Positions 9,505 through 19,218 of a DNA stretch of 64,000 nucleotides are shown here, piece by piece. Position 1 is the stretch's first letter. Each line of letters opens with the position of its first letter. Made by a program: the position numbers and the translations under genes. The stretch comes from Promethearchaeota archaeon (lineage in GTDB: Archaea; Asgardarchaeota; Lokiarchaeia; Sigyniarchaeales; SOKP01), in contig JAHLWP010000021.1 of assembly GCA_019057865.1 (NCBI GenBank), positions 1 to 64,000 on the forward strand, given 5' to 3'. The notes below the pieces were generated by a model. It saw only the letters and a list, made by a program, of their open reading frames with translations. It searched no databases and was not told where the DNA came from.

Positions 9505-10647
9505 ATGGATGATATATTCTTTTCAGAGAAACATCATACTTTACGAAAAGAGTTAAGAGAATTCTTTTTAAAAGAATTAGAACCATTAAAGGATGACATT
9601 AATCAGAAAAAAGAAATACCATTATCTTTAATTAAAAAAATTGGAGAAAAGGGATTATTTGGTCCATTAATTCCAAAAAAGTATGAAGGTTCAGAGTTAG
9701 GACTGATCGCTCATTGTATGATTACTGAAGAAATTTCTAAAATGAATGTAGCTGTTTCAGTTATTCGTACCCCGTGCATACTTGATGGGTATCTTCTCAA
9801 TAAATATGGTAATGAAATTCAAAAAGAGAACTATTTAATTAAAATTGCCACTGGAGAGAAGTTATGTGGTATATGTGTTACTGAGGAAGAAGCGGGATCC
9901 AACGTAGCAGGAATTAAAACTGTGGCACAAAAAAAGGGAGATATATACCTTTTAAATGGTTCTAAAAGATTTATAACAAATGCGGGAATTGCAGATTATT
10001 ATTTTATTTGGTGTGTAACAAATAAGAATGTAAATCCTCGGAATGGGATAAGCGTATTTTTAGTGGAAAAAGATACCACTGGGCTAACAATAGAAAATCC
10101 TTATGGACTAATGGGATTAAATGGAGTATATAACGGTATTATTACTCTTGAAAATGCAGAAATTTCAAAAGATAATCTTATTGGGGAGGAAGGGAGTGGT
10201 TTTCAAAGTTTAATGGATACTTTTAATATAGAAAGAATAACCCTAAGTTCTGAATGCAATGGTATATCTTTAGCAGCTCTAGAAGATTCAAAACGTTATG
10301 CAAAAAGCAAAATTCAATTTAATAAACCAATCTCAGAGTTTCAACTCATTAAATTAAAAATTGCTGAAATGGCTACAAAATTGCGCGCAGCACGATTATT
10401 AACCTATAGTGCAGCACAATTAAAGGAAATGAATAGAGATATTACTAAGGAAGCTTCAATGGCAAAAGCTTTCTCTAGTAGATCTGCAGTAGAGATTACT
10501 TCAGAAGCAGTTCAGATTCATGGTGGGGATGAATATACTGATATGTATTCTGTTGAACGGTATATGAGAGATGCAAAATTCTTTATGATCGGAGGGGGGA
10601 CTACAGAGATACAGAACCTAATTATTGCACGGGAAGAGTTAAAATAA
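9505..10647 (+). CDS. Acyl-CoA dehydrogenase, isovaleryl-CoA/LCAD catalytic type
   Basis: TEEEAGSN, LNGSKRFITN, QFNKPISEFQ, AVQIHGG, MRDAK; IGGGTTEI lacks the MCAD Glu, while NIERI carries the IVD/LCAD-position Glu. Confidence 0.92.
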   Translation: MDDIFFSEKHHTLRKELREFFLKELEPLKDDINQKKEIPLSLIKKIGEKGLFGPLIPKKYEGSELGLIAHCMITEEISKMNVAVSVIRTPCILDGYLLNKYGNEIQKENYLIKIATGEKLCGICVTEEEAGSNVAGIKTVAQKKGDIYLLNGSKRFITNAGIADYYFIWCVTNKNVNPRNGISVFLVEKDTTGLTIENPYGLMGLNGVYNGIITLENAEISKDNLIGEEGSGFQSLMDTFNIERITLSSECNGISLAALEDSKRYAKSKIQFNKPISEFQLIKLKIAEMATKLRAARLLTYSAAQLKEMNRDITKEASMAKAFSSRSAVEITSEAVQIHGGDEYTDMYSVERYMRDAKFFMIGGGTTEIQNLIIAREELK

Positions 10648-10664
10648 AGCAAGTTAGTTTCATT

Positions 10665-11168
10665 TTAAAGAAATTTTTCCATAAACAGCTCATTTTCCAA
10701 AATTCCTTCAATATTCACTTGCCGTTCTAATTCACCTTTAGTAATAAATCCTAAATTTTGATAGAATTTTATTGCTCTTTCATTTCCTTTTCTTACATAA
10801 ATAACAATTTTATTATAATCATTAACACGCGCAAAGTCAAAAGTTTGATTTGCCAAAATATAACTAATTCCCTTTCCTCTCAATTCAGGAAGGATAAAAG
10901 TGCCAATAGTTCCAACTTGTCTAAAGGAGTTAAGAACTTTAGACCAAAGATCCAAGGATTGGAACCCAACAATCTTATTATCTACTTCAGCAACGAAAAT
11001 ACCTTCTCTTTCAGATAACGACGAGATATACTCTCTTTCTTGTTGAGCGGTAAAAGCTTTGTCAACGGATGTGTAAATTCTCTCAGCGCATATTACTTCC
11101 CAAATATATGATATACTTTTTGCATCTTTAGGTGTTGCTTTACGGATTTTTAATTCCAAAAATTTCAC
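10665..11168 (-). CDS. GNAT acetyltransferase
   Basis: ILPELRGKGI, NERAIKFYQNLGF; start overlaps the upstream stop (GTGA). Confidence 0.88.
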   Translation of the reverse strand: MKFLELKIRKATPKDAKSISYIWEVICAERIYTSVDKAFTAQQEREYISSLSEREGIFVAEVDNKIVGFQSLDLWSKVLNSFRQVGTIGTFILPELRGKGISYILANQTFDFARVNDYNKIVIYVRKGNERAIKFYQNLGFITKGELERQVNIEGILENELFMEKFL

Positions 11169-11956
11169 TTTTTTCGAAATTGATTGAAATCTGCTTTTCG
11201 TTTCTCGATAAATGCATTCTTTCCCTCTACAGCTTCTTCAGTACCATAGTAAAGAGACAATCCACCAACTCCTAGTTGAGTGATGCCAGTTACTCCATCA
11301 GTTTCAGCCAAAAAAGCATATTTTAGCATCTTCAATGCTGTTGGGCTCTTTTCTAATAGTTCTTGGCACCATTGTTCTACTTCTATATCCAACTTTTCGT
11401 AAGGCACAATAGAATTCACTAGTCCCATTTTCATAGCCTGCTGTGCTGTGTAACGTCGACAAAGAAACCAAATCTCTTTCGCACGTTTTATGCCCACAGC
11501 ACGCATTAAGTCACCAGTTCCATATCCAGGATCAAATGAACCTACACGTGGTCCTGCTTGTCCGAACTGTGCATGTTCTGCCGCAATACTGAGATCGCAA
11601 TTAACGTGCCATACATGTCCTCCTCCAATCGCATAACCATTCACACGAGCTATGACTGGTTTGGGTAATGTACGGATTAGAAATGTCACTCGCTGCCAAC
11701 CTACTTCCAAAGGCAACATATACTCTCCCTTATAACCGCCCTTCTCGCGTGTTGTTTGATCACCACCTGTACAAAACGCTTTATCGCCTGCACCAGTAAA
11801 TACCACAACTCCAATTTCATTATCCATGCATCGGTTAAAAGCGTCAATCAATTCATGGACAGTTTGTAGTGCACATGCATTATAACGTTGAGGTCGATTA
11901 ATGGTTATTCGAGCAATTCTATCTTTCTTTTCAAATATAATATCTTCATAATCCAT
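11165..11956 (-). CDS. Crotonase family MenB/BadI-type enzyme; motifs closer to BadI (2-ketocyclohexanecarboxyl-CoA hydrolase)
   Basis: AFCTGGDQ, VNGYAIGGG, FGQAGPRVGSFDPGYGT, EIWFLCRRY, LYYGTEEAVEG. Confidence 0.85.
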   Translation of the reverse strand: MDYEDIIFEKKDRIARITINRPQRYNACALQTVHELIDAFNRCMDNEIGVVVFTGAGDKAFCTGGDQTTREKGGYKGEYMLPLEVGWQRVTFLIRTLPKPVIARVNGYAIGGGHVWHVNCDLSIAAEHAQFGQAGPRVGSFDPGYGTGDLMRAVGIKRAKEIWFLCRRYTAQQAMKMGLVNSIVPYEKLDIEVEQWCQELLEKSPTALKMLKYAFLAETDGVTGITQLGVGGLSLYYGTEEAVEGKNAFIEKRKADFNQFRKK

Positions 11957-12105
11957 TTTTCTGATTACCTTATGTTTTTAAAATTTCATTTTCAATGATT
12001 AATCACTAAAAATGATCGTATTGTATTTAAAACAAATCCTCTAGTCTGATAAATATATATATCATTTCAACATAAATATATACTAAACTCATAAAGGTGA
12101 GATTT

Positions 12106-12522
12106 TTGGCTAAATTTGAAAGAAAAGTAGAAATCAATTCATCTCCAAAGAAAATTTATGATATATTGAATGATGAAAATCTTGAGGAAAAGTGGAATAT
12201 TACGGTAAAAAAATTAACTACAATTGAACCAGATAAATATTCTGTAAAAACCACAATAGGAGACATTATTTCAACTGTTATTGAAAGAGATGAAAATAAA
12301 AAAATTACAATGGAAATAGAAGGAGGACCCTTCAGTAAGATGGGATACGTTCTTACTCCAAAAGGAGATTCGACTGAAGTAATGGGGTGGGCAGAATTCG
12401 AAGACCCAGAACAAGAGAGTATACTTGGTATGGCTGGTGATATGCTCTTAGAAAGTCTGAAAAAATACGCTGATTATCTTGAAGGTGGTGGAAATCCTGC
12501 TGAATATAATAAAAAGAAGTAG
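12106..12522 (+). CDS. SRPBCC/START-fold protein (paralogue of 42967-43380); TTG start at 12106 after AGGTGA SD
   Basis: ERKVEINSSPKKIYDIL...W pattern; long shared blocks with the 42967 protein. Confidence 0.8.
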   Translation: MAKFERKVEINSSPKKIYDILNDENLEEKWNITVKKLTTIEPDKYSVKTTIGDIISTVIERDENKKITMEIEGGPFSKMGYVLTPKGDSTEVMGWAEFEDPEQESILGMAGDMLLESLKKYADYLEGGGNPAEYNKKK

Positions 12523-12596
12523 ATTGTGACTGAATTTTCAAATTCAATTTTTTTTTTAATTATCTTTTTGTTTTAAAAAGCTGGTTATATTTTATT

Positions 12597-13481
12597 ATGA
12601 TTTGGAAGACGAGAATTACTCAAATAACAGATGTTAAGTATCCCGTTATTATGGGGGCATTTGGTGGATGGGGTAAATCAGAATTTGCATCATCTTTTTC
12701 AAATGCTGGTGGATTAGGAATAATAGCGGCTTTAAATTTTCCAAATTTGGAGGATTTTAAAATTGATATGCAAAATATGAAAAATCTTACTGATAAACCT
12801 TTTGGAGCCAATCTTTCATTACCTCATCATACTTTAAGTGATACTAAAGAAGATATAAAGACAAAAAAAAGGTATTTAGAATATGTGGAAGTAGCTCTTA
12901 ATGAAAATATTAAGATTTTTACTACTTCCGGCTTTAAAGCAAAGTTTTTAGGAGATAGAATACATCAAGCTGGAGGATATTGGTTTCATAAATGCGTTCT
13001 AGTTAAACATGCCATTTCGGCAGAAAAAGATGGTGCAGATGCAGTTACTTTAGTCGGTTTAGAGGGTACTGGATTTAAAAATCCTTTTTCAAATACAACT
13101 TTAGTAAATATAACAATGGCTAAAAAACTGCTTAAAATACCTATTATTGCTGCCGGGGGGATTGGTGATGCGAGAGGGTATCTTAGCGCTTTAGCTATGG
13201 GTGCTGATGCGGTTTGTTTTGGAACAGCATTAATGATGACAAAAGAATGTCCAGTAGCTTTGAATATTAAAAAAAAATGGCTCAATATGGATATTTTTGA
13301 TGAACATTTTTATAATAGGATTTTTCATTATAATGTAAAAAATTTTATGTCTCCTTCTATGGCTTTAGGACACCGGAAAGAAATAGTGCCAGTTAAAGCG
13401 TTTATTGAAGAAATAATCGGTGGTGCAGAAAAGATCTTAAAATTATGGGGTTTTAAAAAGGAAGAATTTAGCACATTATAG
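12597..13481 (+). CDS. Nitronate monooxygenase/FabK-like flavin oxidoreductase
   Basis: KYPVIMG, SNAGGLG, TDKPFGAN, GADAV..VGLEG, PIIAAGGIGD, ALAMGADAVCFGT. Confidence 0.88.
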   Translation: MIWKTRITQITDVKYPVIMGAFGGWGKSEFASSFSNAGGLGIIAALNFPNLEDFKIDMQNMKNLTDKPFGANLSLPHHTLSDTKEDIKTKKRYLEYVEVALNENIKIFTTSGFKAKFLGDRIHQAGGYWFHKCVLVKHAISAEKDGADAVTLVGLEGTGFKNPFSNTTLVNITMAKKLLKIPIIAAGGIGDARGYLSALAMGADAVCFGTALMMTKECPVALNIKKKWLNMDIFDEHFYNRIFHYNVKNFMSPSMALGHRKEIVPVKAFIEEIIGGAEKILKLWGFKKEEFSTL

Positions 13482-13483
13482 CT

Positions 13484-14446
13484 TTACAAAAGGAAATAGA
13501 ATATTAAAGATATAGTACCTAAAATAATCATTGTTGCACCCATTCCTCTTCCCATCGCTTTAGCAGATAATCTTTGCACATAATTAGAAACAATAAATCC
13601 GGTTAAAAATGAACCAATTCCAAGATAGAGAGTAAATTCCCAATTATAATAGAATTGATCCTTAATAGTGAAACCTAAGATTTGGTATATTGAAAATGTA
13701 AAGAAACACATGAAGATACTTAAAAGTAATGCTGTACCAACAGATTTCTTTATTGGATAACCATAAAGGATTATTAAAACTAAAGTTATAATGAATCCTG
13801 AGCTTGCACCAAACATCCCTGAATTGATACCAACAAAAATTCCAAGTATGATCGCTAAAATATAAAACAATCTCGAATAAGGTTTAATAAAACCTTGAAT
13901 TTCTTCATTTTGAACAGGATCTGGTTCCTTAAAATTGTTTTGTATTTCATTATTACCTAAATTATTCGATTTATTCTTTGAAAACCTCTTAATGATATTA
14001 TTTACTGTTCTCTGAACCGATTCAGATGTAGGAAACCCTTTTCTAAGAATGGTTAATCCTAAAAAAATAATAAATATGGGAATCCCCCAACCAAAAACTG
14101 AACCTAAAGGAGTTGTCATTAATATAAAAACTCCCAAAAAAGCGGCAATACTGGCAATTAGCATTAAAATTAATATGTCACGACGGAAATAGAACTGCTT
14201 TTTTCTGGTATAATTAATGCTTACTGCGATTGCTGCTATTAAATCATTTAAAACACTGATAGCGATTGCTAAAAAAACATCTCCAGAAATTATAAGAATT
14301 AGAGGTACCACGATCCCTTGACCAGTTTGACCTATAAAGCTCATAGAAATTCCTACAAGTGAACCAATAATGATCATGAGAATTATTTGGTATAACTCTA
14401 AACTCAAAAAACACAATCCTCCTTTTATTGAAAATAAAATCTTCAT
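13484..14446 (-). CDS. TauE/SafE (sulfite exporter) family permease; probable TTG start at 14407
   Basis: Two repeats with G..G..VPL and SGMFGASSGF, KKSVGT; about 8 TMs; AGGAGG SD before TTG 14407. Confidence 0.8.
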   Translation of the reverse strand: MKILFSIKGGLCFLSLELYQIILMIIIGSLVGISMSFIGQTGQGIVVPLILIISGDVFLAIAISVLNDLIAAIAVSINYTRKKQFYFRRDILILMLIASIAAFLGVFILMTTPLGSVFGWGIPIFIIFLGLTILRKGFPTSESVQRTVNNIIKRFSKNKSNNLGNNEIQNNFKEPDPVQNEEIQGFIKPYSRLFYILAIILGIFVGINSGMFGASSGFIITLVLIILYGYPIKKSVGTALLLSIFMCFFTFSIYQILGFTIKDQFYYNWEFTLYLGIGSFLTGFIVSNYVQRLSAKAMGRGMGATMIILGTISLIFYFLL

Positions 14447-14692
14447 ATAAGTGTAAACCAGATTTTATAATACAAACCATCATAAGTTAAAAATGTTCTT
14501 TTTCCAAATTTCTATAAGATATTTTTATTATTATAAGGATTTGTAAATTTGTAAGTAATAAGATTATACTACTTAGAAAAATAATTACAATAAAATTCAA
14601 AATATTTAAACGATTTAAGAAATTTTGTTTGATATTACTATTCATTGATTTACAAAAAATATTTTAAAAAACTTATAAAAATGTGAAAAATT

Positions 14693-16846
14693 ATGGATGT
14701 ACCAATAATTTTAATTGTTGCATTAATTGCTGGTATAATTTCAATTGGAATGGCTCTATATTTCGCCAAATTAGTTATGAAAGAAGATCCAGGCAATGAA
14801 AGAATGGTTGAAGTCTCGGGATATATCGAAGCTGGAGCTAAAAGATTTATTAGTGTACAATATAAAATGTTAGGAATATTTGTTGTAGGACTTTCGATCG
14901 CCTTATTATTTCTTCCATCTCCTCTTAAGGGAAGCGCAACTTATGATAGAATATTTCCTGATGCTCTAAATTGGGAACAAATGATTGCTTATCTTATAGG
15001 ATCTGTTGGATCTATGTTTGCTGGTTGGCTTGGAATGTTTGTTGGTGTAAAAGCAAACACTCGAGCAGCACAAGGTTGTACCATAAGTACTAAAAAAGGT
15101 TTTGATGTAGCTTTCTTTGGAGGTGCTGTCATGGGACTTGCCGTAGTTGGTGTTGCTTTAATCGGTGTTTCTATTTTATATTGGGTTATCCCTGATCCTA
15201 CTATTATTTTAGGTTTTAGTTTCGGTGCGAGTAGTATTGCGTTATTTATGAAATGTGGAGGTGGGATTTACACCAAAACTGCTGATGTTGGAGCAGATTT
15301 AGTAGGTAAAGCTGAATATAACCTTCCTGAAGATGATCCTCGTAATCCAGCAACTATAGCTGACAATGTCGGTGATAATGTAGGTGACATAGCTGGTATG
15401 GGAAGTGATCTTTTTGACTCATATGTAGCTTCTATCGTTGCTGCAATGATGTTAGCCGCTTCTTTTGCTGTTTTAGGTGTTATCGAATCACCGCTAGTAG
15501 ATGTAACATTATCAGATGCAGGAAAAGCCATTTTTGTGGTAACTCCAGTAGTTTTTTGTGGTGTTGGATTAATTTCCTCACTTATAGGGATATATCTAAT
15601 AAAATGGAAAGGTTCTGAAGAACCTGGAAAGGCTCTAAACACTGGAACCTATTTTGCTACTCTAATTTATTTTGGTTTATCTGCCTTAATTACTTTCTTC
15701 TTAACAATAGGATTGGAAAATGAAGAGATTGGTTTACTATGGCGAATTTGGGGTGTATCCGCGATTGGACTTTTATCTGGAATTGTAATTGGATTTACTA
15801 GCGATTATTTTACAAGAGCTGACAGGAAACCGACAAGAAATATGGCATATGCAGCACAAGAAGGACATGCTGTAGTTATTCTTTCAGGTTTCTCATATGG
15901 ACTAATAAGTGTTGTCCCTCCTGCTATTGGAATTATAATTGCGATAACTTTTGCATATTTGCTTGCTGGAGTTTTTGGAGTAGCATTGGCAGCTGTAGGA
16001 ATGTTAGCTATTGTAGGAACAATCGTTTCTAATGATGCATATGGACCTATAGTAGACAATAGTCGAGCTATAGCAGAACAAGGGGATTTGGGTGAGGATA
16101 TTATCCGAATTGCTGATAAATTAGATTCTGCGGGAAATACTGCTAAAGCTATAACTAAAGGTTTTGCAATAGGCGCAGCAAACTTAACGGTGCTTGCGTT
16201 ATTATTTTCTTTTGCAATTGAAGCTAATGAAATAGAACCTGGAAGTCTCTTACCTGAAGATATGAATTTATTATCACCAAATGTGCTAATAGGAGCGTTT
16301 ATTGGAGTTGTAATACCAGCATTATTTTCTGCTCTATTAATTTTAGCAGTACAGAGAAATGCAGCAATAATGGTGAAGGAAATACGAAGACAATTTGAAT
16401 CTAATCCAAAAATATTGTCGGGTGAAGAAGCCGCTGATTTTGGAAAAACTATTGACATAGCAACTAAAGGTGCTCTAAAAGAGCTTATATTACCGAGTAT
16501 TATTTCTATAGCAACACCTATAATAGTTGGTATTTTATTTGGAGTCGCTTCTTTAGGGGCATTCTTAGCTGGTGCTATCTTATCTGGATTTGTTTTCGCA
16601 GTTATGATGTCTAATGCAGGAGGAGCTTGGGATAATGCTAAGAAATGGATTGAAGATGGCAATTTAGGTGGTAAAGGTACAGAAATTCATAAAGCGTCGA
16701 TAACTGGAGACACAGTTGGAGATCCGTTTAAAGATACAGCAGGTCCAAGTATTAATACTTTATTGGTCGTAATGTCGCTAACAGCATCTATCTTTCTTGG
16801 ATTTCTATTGCTATTTAATGGTGGTGCTGGACTAATTAGATTTTAA
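14693..16846 (+). CDS. hppA: Membrane proton-translocating pyrophosphatase, K+-independent type
   Basis: GGGIYTKTADVGADLVGK, EDDPRNPATIADNVGDNVGD, GGAWDNAKK, GDTVGDPFKDTAGPS; GNTAKAITKG has the Lys/Thr K+-independence signature. Confidence 0.96.
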   Translation: MDVPIILIVALIAGIISIGMALYFAKLVMKEDPGNERMVEVSGYIEAGAKRFISVQYKMLGIFVVGLSIALLFLPSPLKGSATYDRIFPDALNWEQMIAYLIGSVGSMFAGWLGMFVGVKANTRAAQGCTISTKKGFDVAFFGGAVMGLAVVGVALIGVSILYWVIPDPTIILGFSFGASSIALFMKCGGGIYTKTADVGADLVGKAEYNLPEDDPRNPATIADNVGDNVGDIAGMGSDLFDSYVASIVAAMMLAASFAVLGVIESPLVDVTLSDAGKAIFVVTPVVFCGVGLISSLIGIYLIKWKGSEEPGKALNTGTYFATLIYFGLSALITFFLTIGLENEEIGLLWRIWGVSAIGLLSGIVIGFTSDYFTRADRKPTRNMAYAAQEGHAVVILSGFSYGLISVVPPAIGIIIAITFAYLLAGVFGVALAAVGMLAIVGTIVSNDAYGPIVDNSRAIAEQGDLGEDIIRIADKLDSAGNTAKAITKGFAIGAANLTVLALLFSFAIEANEIEPGSLLPEDMNLLSPNVLIGAFIGVVIPALFSALLILAVQRNAAIMVKEIRRQFESNPKILSGEEAADFGKTIDIATKGALKELILPSIISIATPIIVGILFGVASLGAFLAGAILSGFVFAVMMSNAGGAWDNAKKWIEDGNLGGKGTEIHKASITGDTVGDPFKDTAGPSINTLLVVMSLTASIFLGFLLLFNGGAGLIRF

Positions 16847-16960
16847 AATAATAAAAAAATTTCTCTTTAATCTTTTTTTTTAGTTTTCTATTTTAATATT
16901 CTATATAGAGTAGAAATAAAATTCAATCTAAATTTTTCAGTAACATACCAATCTTGAAGA

Positions 16961-16974
16961 CAAAAGTTTAAATA
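16961..16974 (+). promoter_or_regulatory. BRE + TATA box of the RNase P RNA gene
   Basis: CAAAAG-TTTAAATA centred about 27 nt upstream of the P1 5' strand. Confidence 0.7.
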
Positions 16975-16996
16975 CTTATTTTTCCTTTTAGAAGAA

Positions 16997-17325
16997 AGAC
17001 GAGTGAGATATGGAGCTGACGGTGGGTATATCCTGCTGAGGAACCTCGCCCCACTCTCCAAGCAAGGAGTAGAGAACTACTACGGTGAGAACCGTATTTT
17101 AGCTACTGAAACGGTACTGCCTTCTTACAGATATTAATGATTTGGATATAAGCTAATGAAATTGTAGGAAGGAATGGTTGAAACGAGCTAAAACCTTGGT
17201 GCAAGGCCAAATGAAAGCTATGAGTATTTTGGAGCGAGCTTTAGGTAGGCCGCTTAGTTTGATGCTCCAACTGTTCTCCGGTGACGGAAACAGTACAGAA
17301 GGGCGAGTATATATCTCAATCGTCT
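16997..17325 (+). ncRNA. rnpB: Archaeal RNase P RNA
   Basis: GC-enriched island; P1 ends pair (AGACGAGTGAGATAT / ATATCTCAATCGTCT); P4 5' GAGGAACCTCGCCC (17038-17051) pairs with ACAGAAGGGCGAGTAT (17295-17310); internal ACTGAAAC, TGAAAC, GCAAG and GCTTAG motifs. Confidence 0.93.
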
Positions 17326-17385
17326 ATTTAAAATTAGTAATCAATCTCTACTTTTTTATTAAATAAAAATTAATGATTATTAACC

Positions 17386-18213
17386 ATGGAGAAAGTTAAT
17401 CTAATTGAGGGATCTGTTCAAGAAACGATGTTAGGACCATTGTGGGCTCGAGCAAAATTTAGTAAGTTATATCCTGAAATATTAGACGATCAAAAAGCTT
17501 GTGAAATAATTGAAAAACTGGAGTATGATTTTTCAAAAGTACAAGAATACCTTGGAGAATGGCGAGGGATTGGTCTCTTAGTTAGAGCTAAAAATTTTGA
17601 TAATGCACTTAAAGATTATATAGAAAAATTTCCAAATGCAACAATAATAAATATTGGGGCGGGTTTAGATACTACATTTTTTCGTGTAGATAATAGTAAA
17701 ATTAAATGGTATGATTTAGACCTATCTGATGCTATTGATTTTCGCAAGCAATATATACCAGAAACAAATAGATGTAAATATATATCGAAGTCTGCTCTTG
17801 ATTATTCTTGGTTTAATGAGATAGATTTTAGCCATGATAAGGGTATTTTTTTAATTGCCGGAGGATTTATCTATTACTTCCAAGAAAATGAGATTTCTGC
17901 ATTTTTTAGAGCTTTAGCTGAAAAATTCCCTGATGGTGAATTAATATTTGATTGCGTATCAAATTTAGCTATTAAAGTGGCTCATAAGAGAGCAAAAAAA
18001 GTTGGAGTGGAAACGCCTTTTTGGCATATAGGTATTGGTGACCCAGTAAAAAAAATTGCAGAATGGTCTGATAAAATTAAAGTAATTGATTGGTATACTA
18101 TGTATTCACGAGCCAAACCTAATCCAAAATGGAATAAAAAAACTGTAAAAATGGTAAAAATAGCAGAACGATTTAAAACAGCAAAAATTGTTCATGTAAA
18201 ATTTCTTAAATAA
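17386..18213 (+). CDS. Class I SAM-dependent methyltransferase (TcmP/LCM-like)
   Basis: VQETMLGPLWARA, INIGAGLDTTFFRVDN..IKWYDLDL. Confidence 0.88.
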   Translation: MEKVNLIEGSVQETMLGPLWARAKFSKLYPEILDDQKACEIIEKLEYDFSKVQEYLGEWRGIGLLVRAKNFDNALKDYIEKFPNATIINIGAGLDTTFFRVDNSKIKWYDLDLSDAIDFRKQYIPETNRCKYISKSALDYSWFNEIDFSHDKGIFLIAGGFIYYFQENEISAFFRALAEKFPDGELIFDCVSNLAIKVAHKRAKKVGVETPFWHIGIGDPVKKIAEWSDKIKVIDWYTMYSRAKPNPKWNKKTVKMVKIAERFKTAKIVHVKFLK

Positions 18214-18237
18214 TATAATATTAAAATTTTAATAATT

Positions 18238-19065
18238 CTAATGTGGATAACCACAGACAGAACATTTCCAGTCTTGAGGTAAATCTACTTTTTCTTCATT
18301 TCCACATTCTAAGCATACTAAACATACTGAAATTCGTTCTTCTTTTGCTTTAGAGGGTTTTCGCTTAAAATATTCTTTAGAACGTTTACAAGATGGGCAC
18401 TTCCAATTTTCTGGTAATTTATCCTGTTCTATTTGATAACCACATTCCATACAAATCCATCCGCCTTGTTTCAAGTCCTTGTCAGCTTTTAAAATTTCTC
18501 TCTTGAAATACTGTTTAAGATGACCACATGACGGACAAATAAAGTCATTCGGAATTTCATCAACCGCAACCTCATATCCACATTCCATACATTTCCAAAC
18601 AATAATTTTATTCTTCTGAAATATTATATTATCTTGTAGCAATTTTGAAAGAGTTCTAAAACGATGTAGATAATTTCTTTTAATTTGGGAAATTTCTTTT
18701 AATCTAATTGCTACATCAGTATATCCTTCCTTATCCGCAGTATTAATAATGTCGTGGTATATTGGAACTCCATTATATTCTACTTCTTTAATAGCTGATT
18801 CCAAATTTTCAGCAGTTTTACCATAGGTAATAGGGCTTTCAATTTCTATTTTTACATTTTCAATAAGTTCTTCCTTTTTTAATTGTTCTAACATAAAAAA
18901 AATCCAATATGCATGTTCCTTTACTTGCTCTGCAATTTTTATAAAATTTGTAGAAATTAAAGGAAGTTCCTCTTTTTGTGCAATTCTAGCAAAAATTTCA
19001 TACTTCGTCCTCGCTTGGGCTTCATGTATAAAAGCTTTCATTAAATTTTTAGCAGTTTTTTTCAT
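18238..19065 (-). CDS. Rubrerythrin-like protein with three C-terminal rubredoxin-like domains
   Basis: TAKNLMKAF..EAQAR..Y..FA..A..E ferritin-like N-terminus; three CxxCG...CxxC repeats. Confidence 0.85.
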   Translation of the reverse strand: MKKTAKNLMKAFIHEAQARTKYEIFARIAQKEELPLISTNFIKIAEQVKEHAYWIFFMLEQLKKEELIENVKIEIESPITYGKTAENLESAIKEVEYNGVPIYHDIINTADKEGYTDVAIRLKEISQIKRNYLHRFRTLSKLLQDNIIFQKNKIIVWKCMECGYEVAVDEIPNDFICPSCGHLKQYFKREILKADKDLKQGGWICMECGYQIEQDKLPENWKCPSCKRSKEYFKRKPSKAKEERISVCLVCLECGNEEKVDLPQDWKCSVCGYPH

Positions 19066-19218
19066 AATTTTAAACCATGTTGAAAATTAAGAGTCTTATG
19101 AAAACTTAAAAATTAAACGTAAAAGTTCAATTAGAGTTTCTAATATATGTTTTAAAAAATAAAAAATTATATATTATTATTTTCGTTTTTTGTTGTTTTT
19201 AATGGATCTTTTCTTTCT

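Noticed and set aside
15268-16662. Long antisense ORFs (124 and 285 aa) inside hppA; similar ones inside dnaK, dnaJ, gatA/B, glnA, meaB and others
   Set aside because: Antisense shadows of well-supported genes with no recognisable motifs.
14693-16846. Na+-pumping or K+-dependent PPase
   Set aside because: GNTAKAITKG has Lys rather than Ala at the K+-dependence position, indicating a K+-independent H+-PPase.
17178-17366. 62-aa ORF
   Set aside because: Lies within the RNase P RNA gene and has no protein motif.
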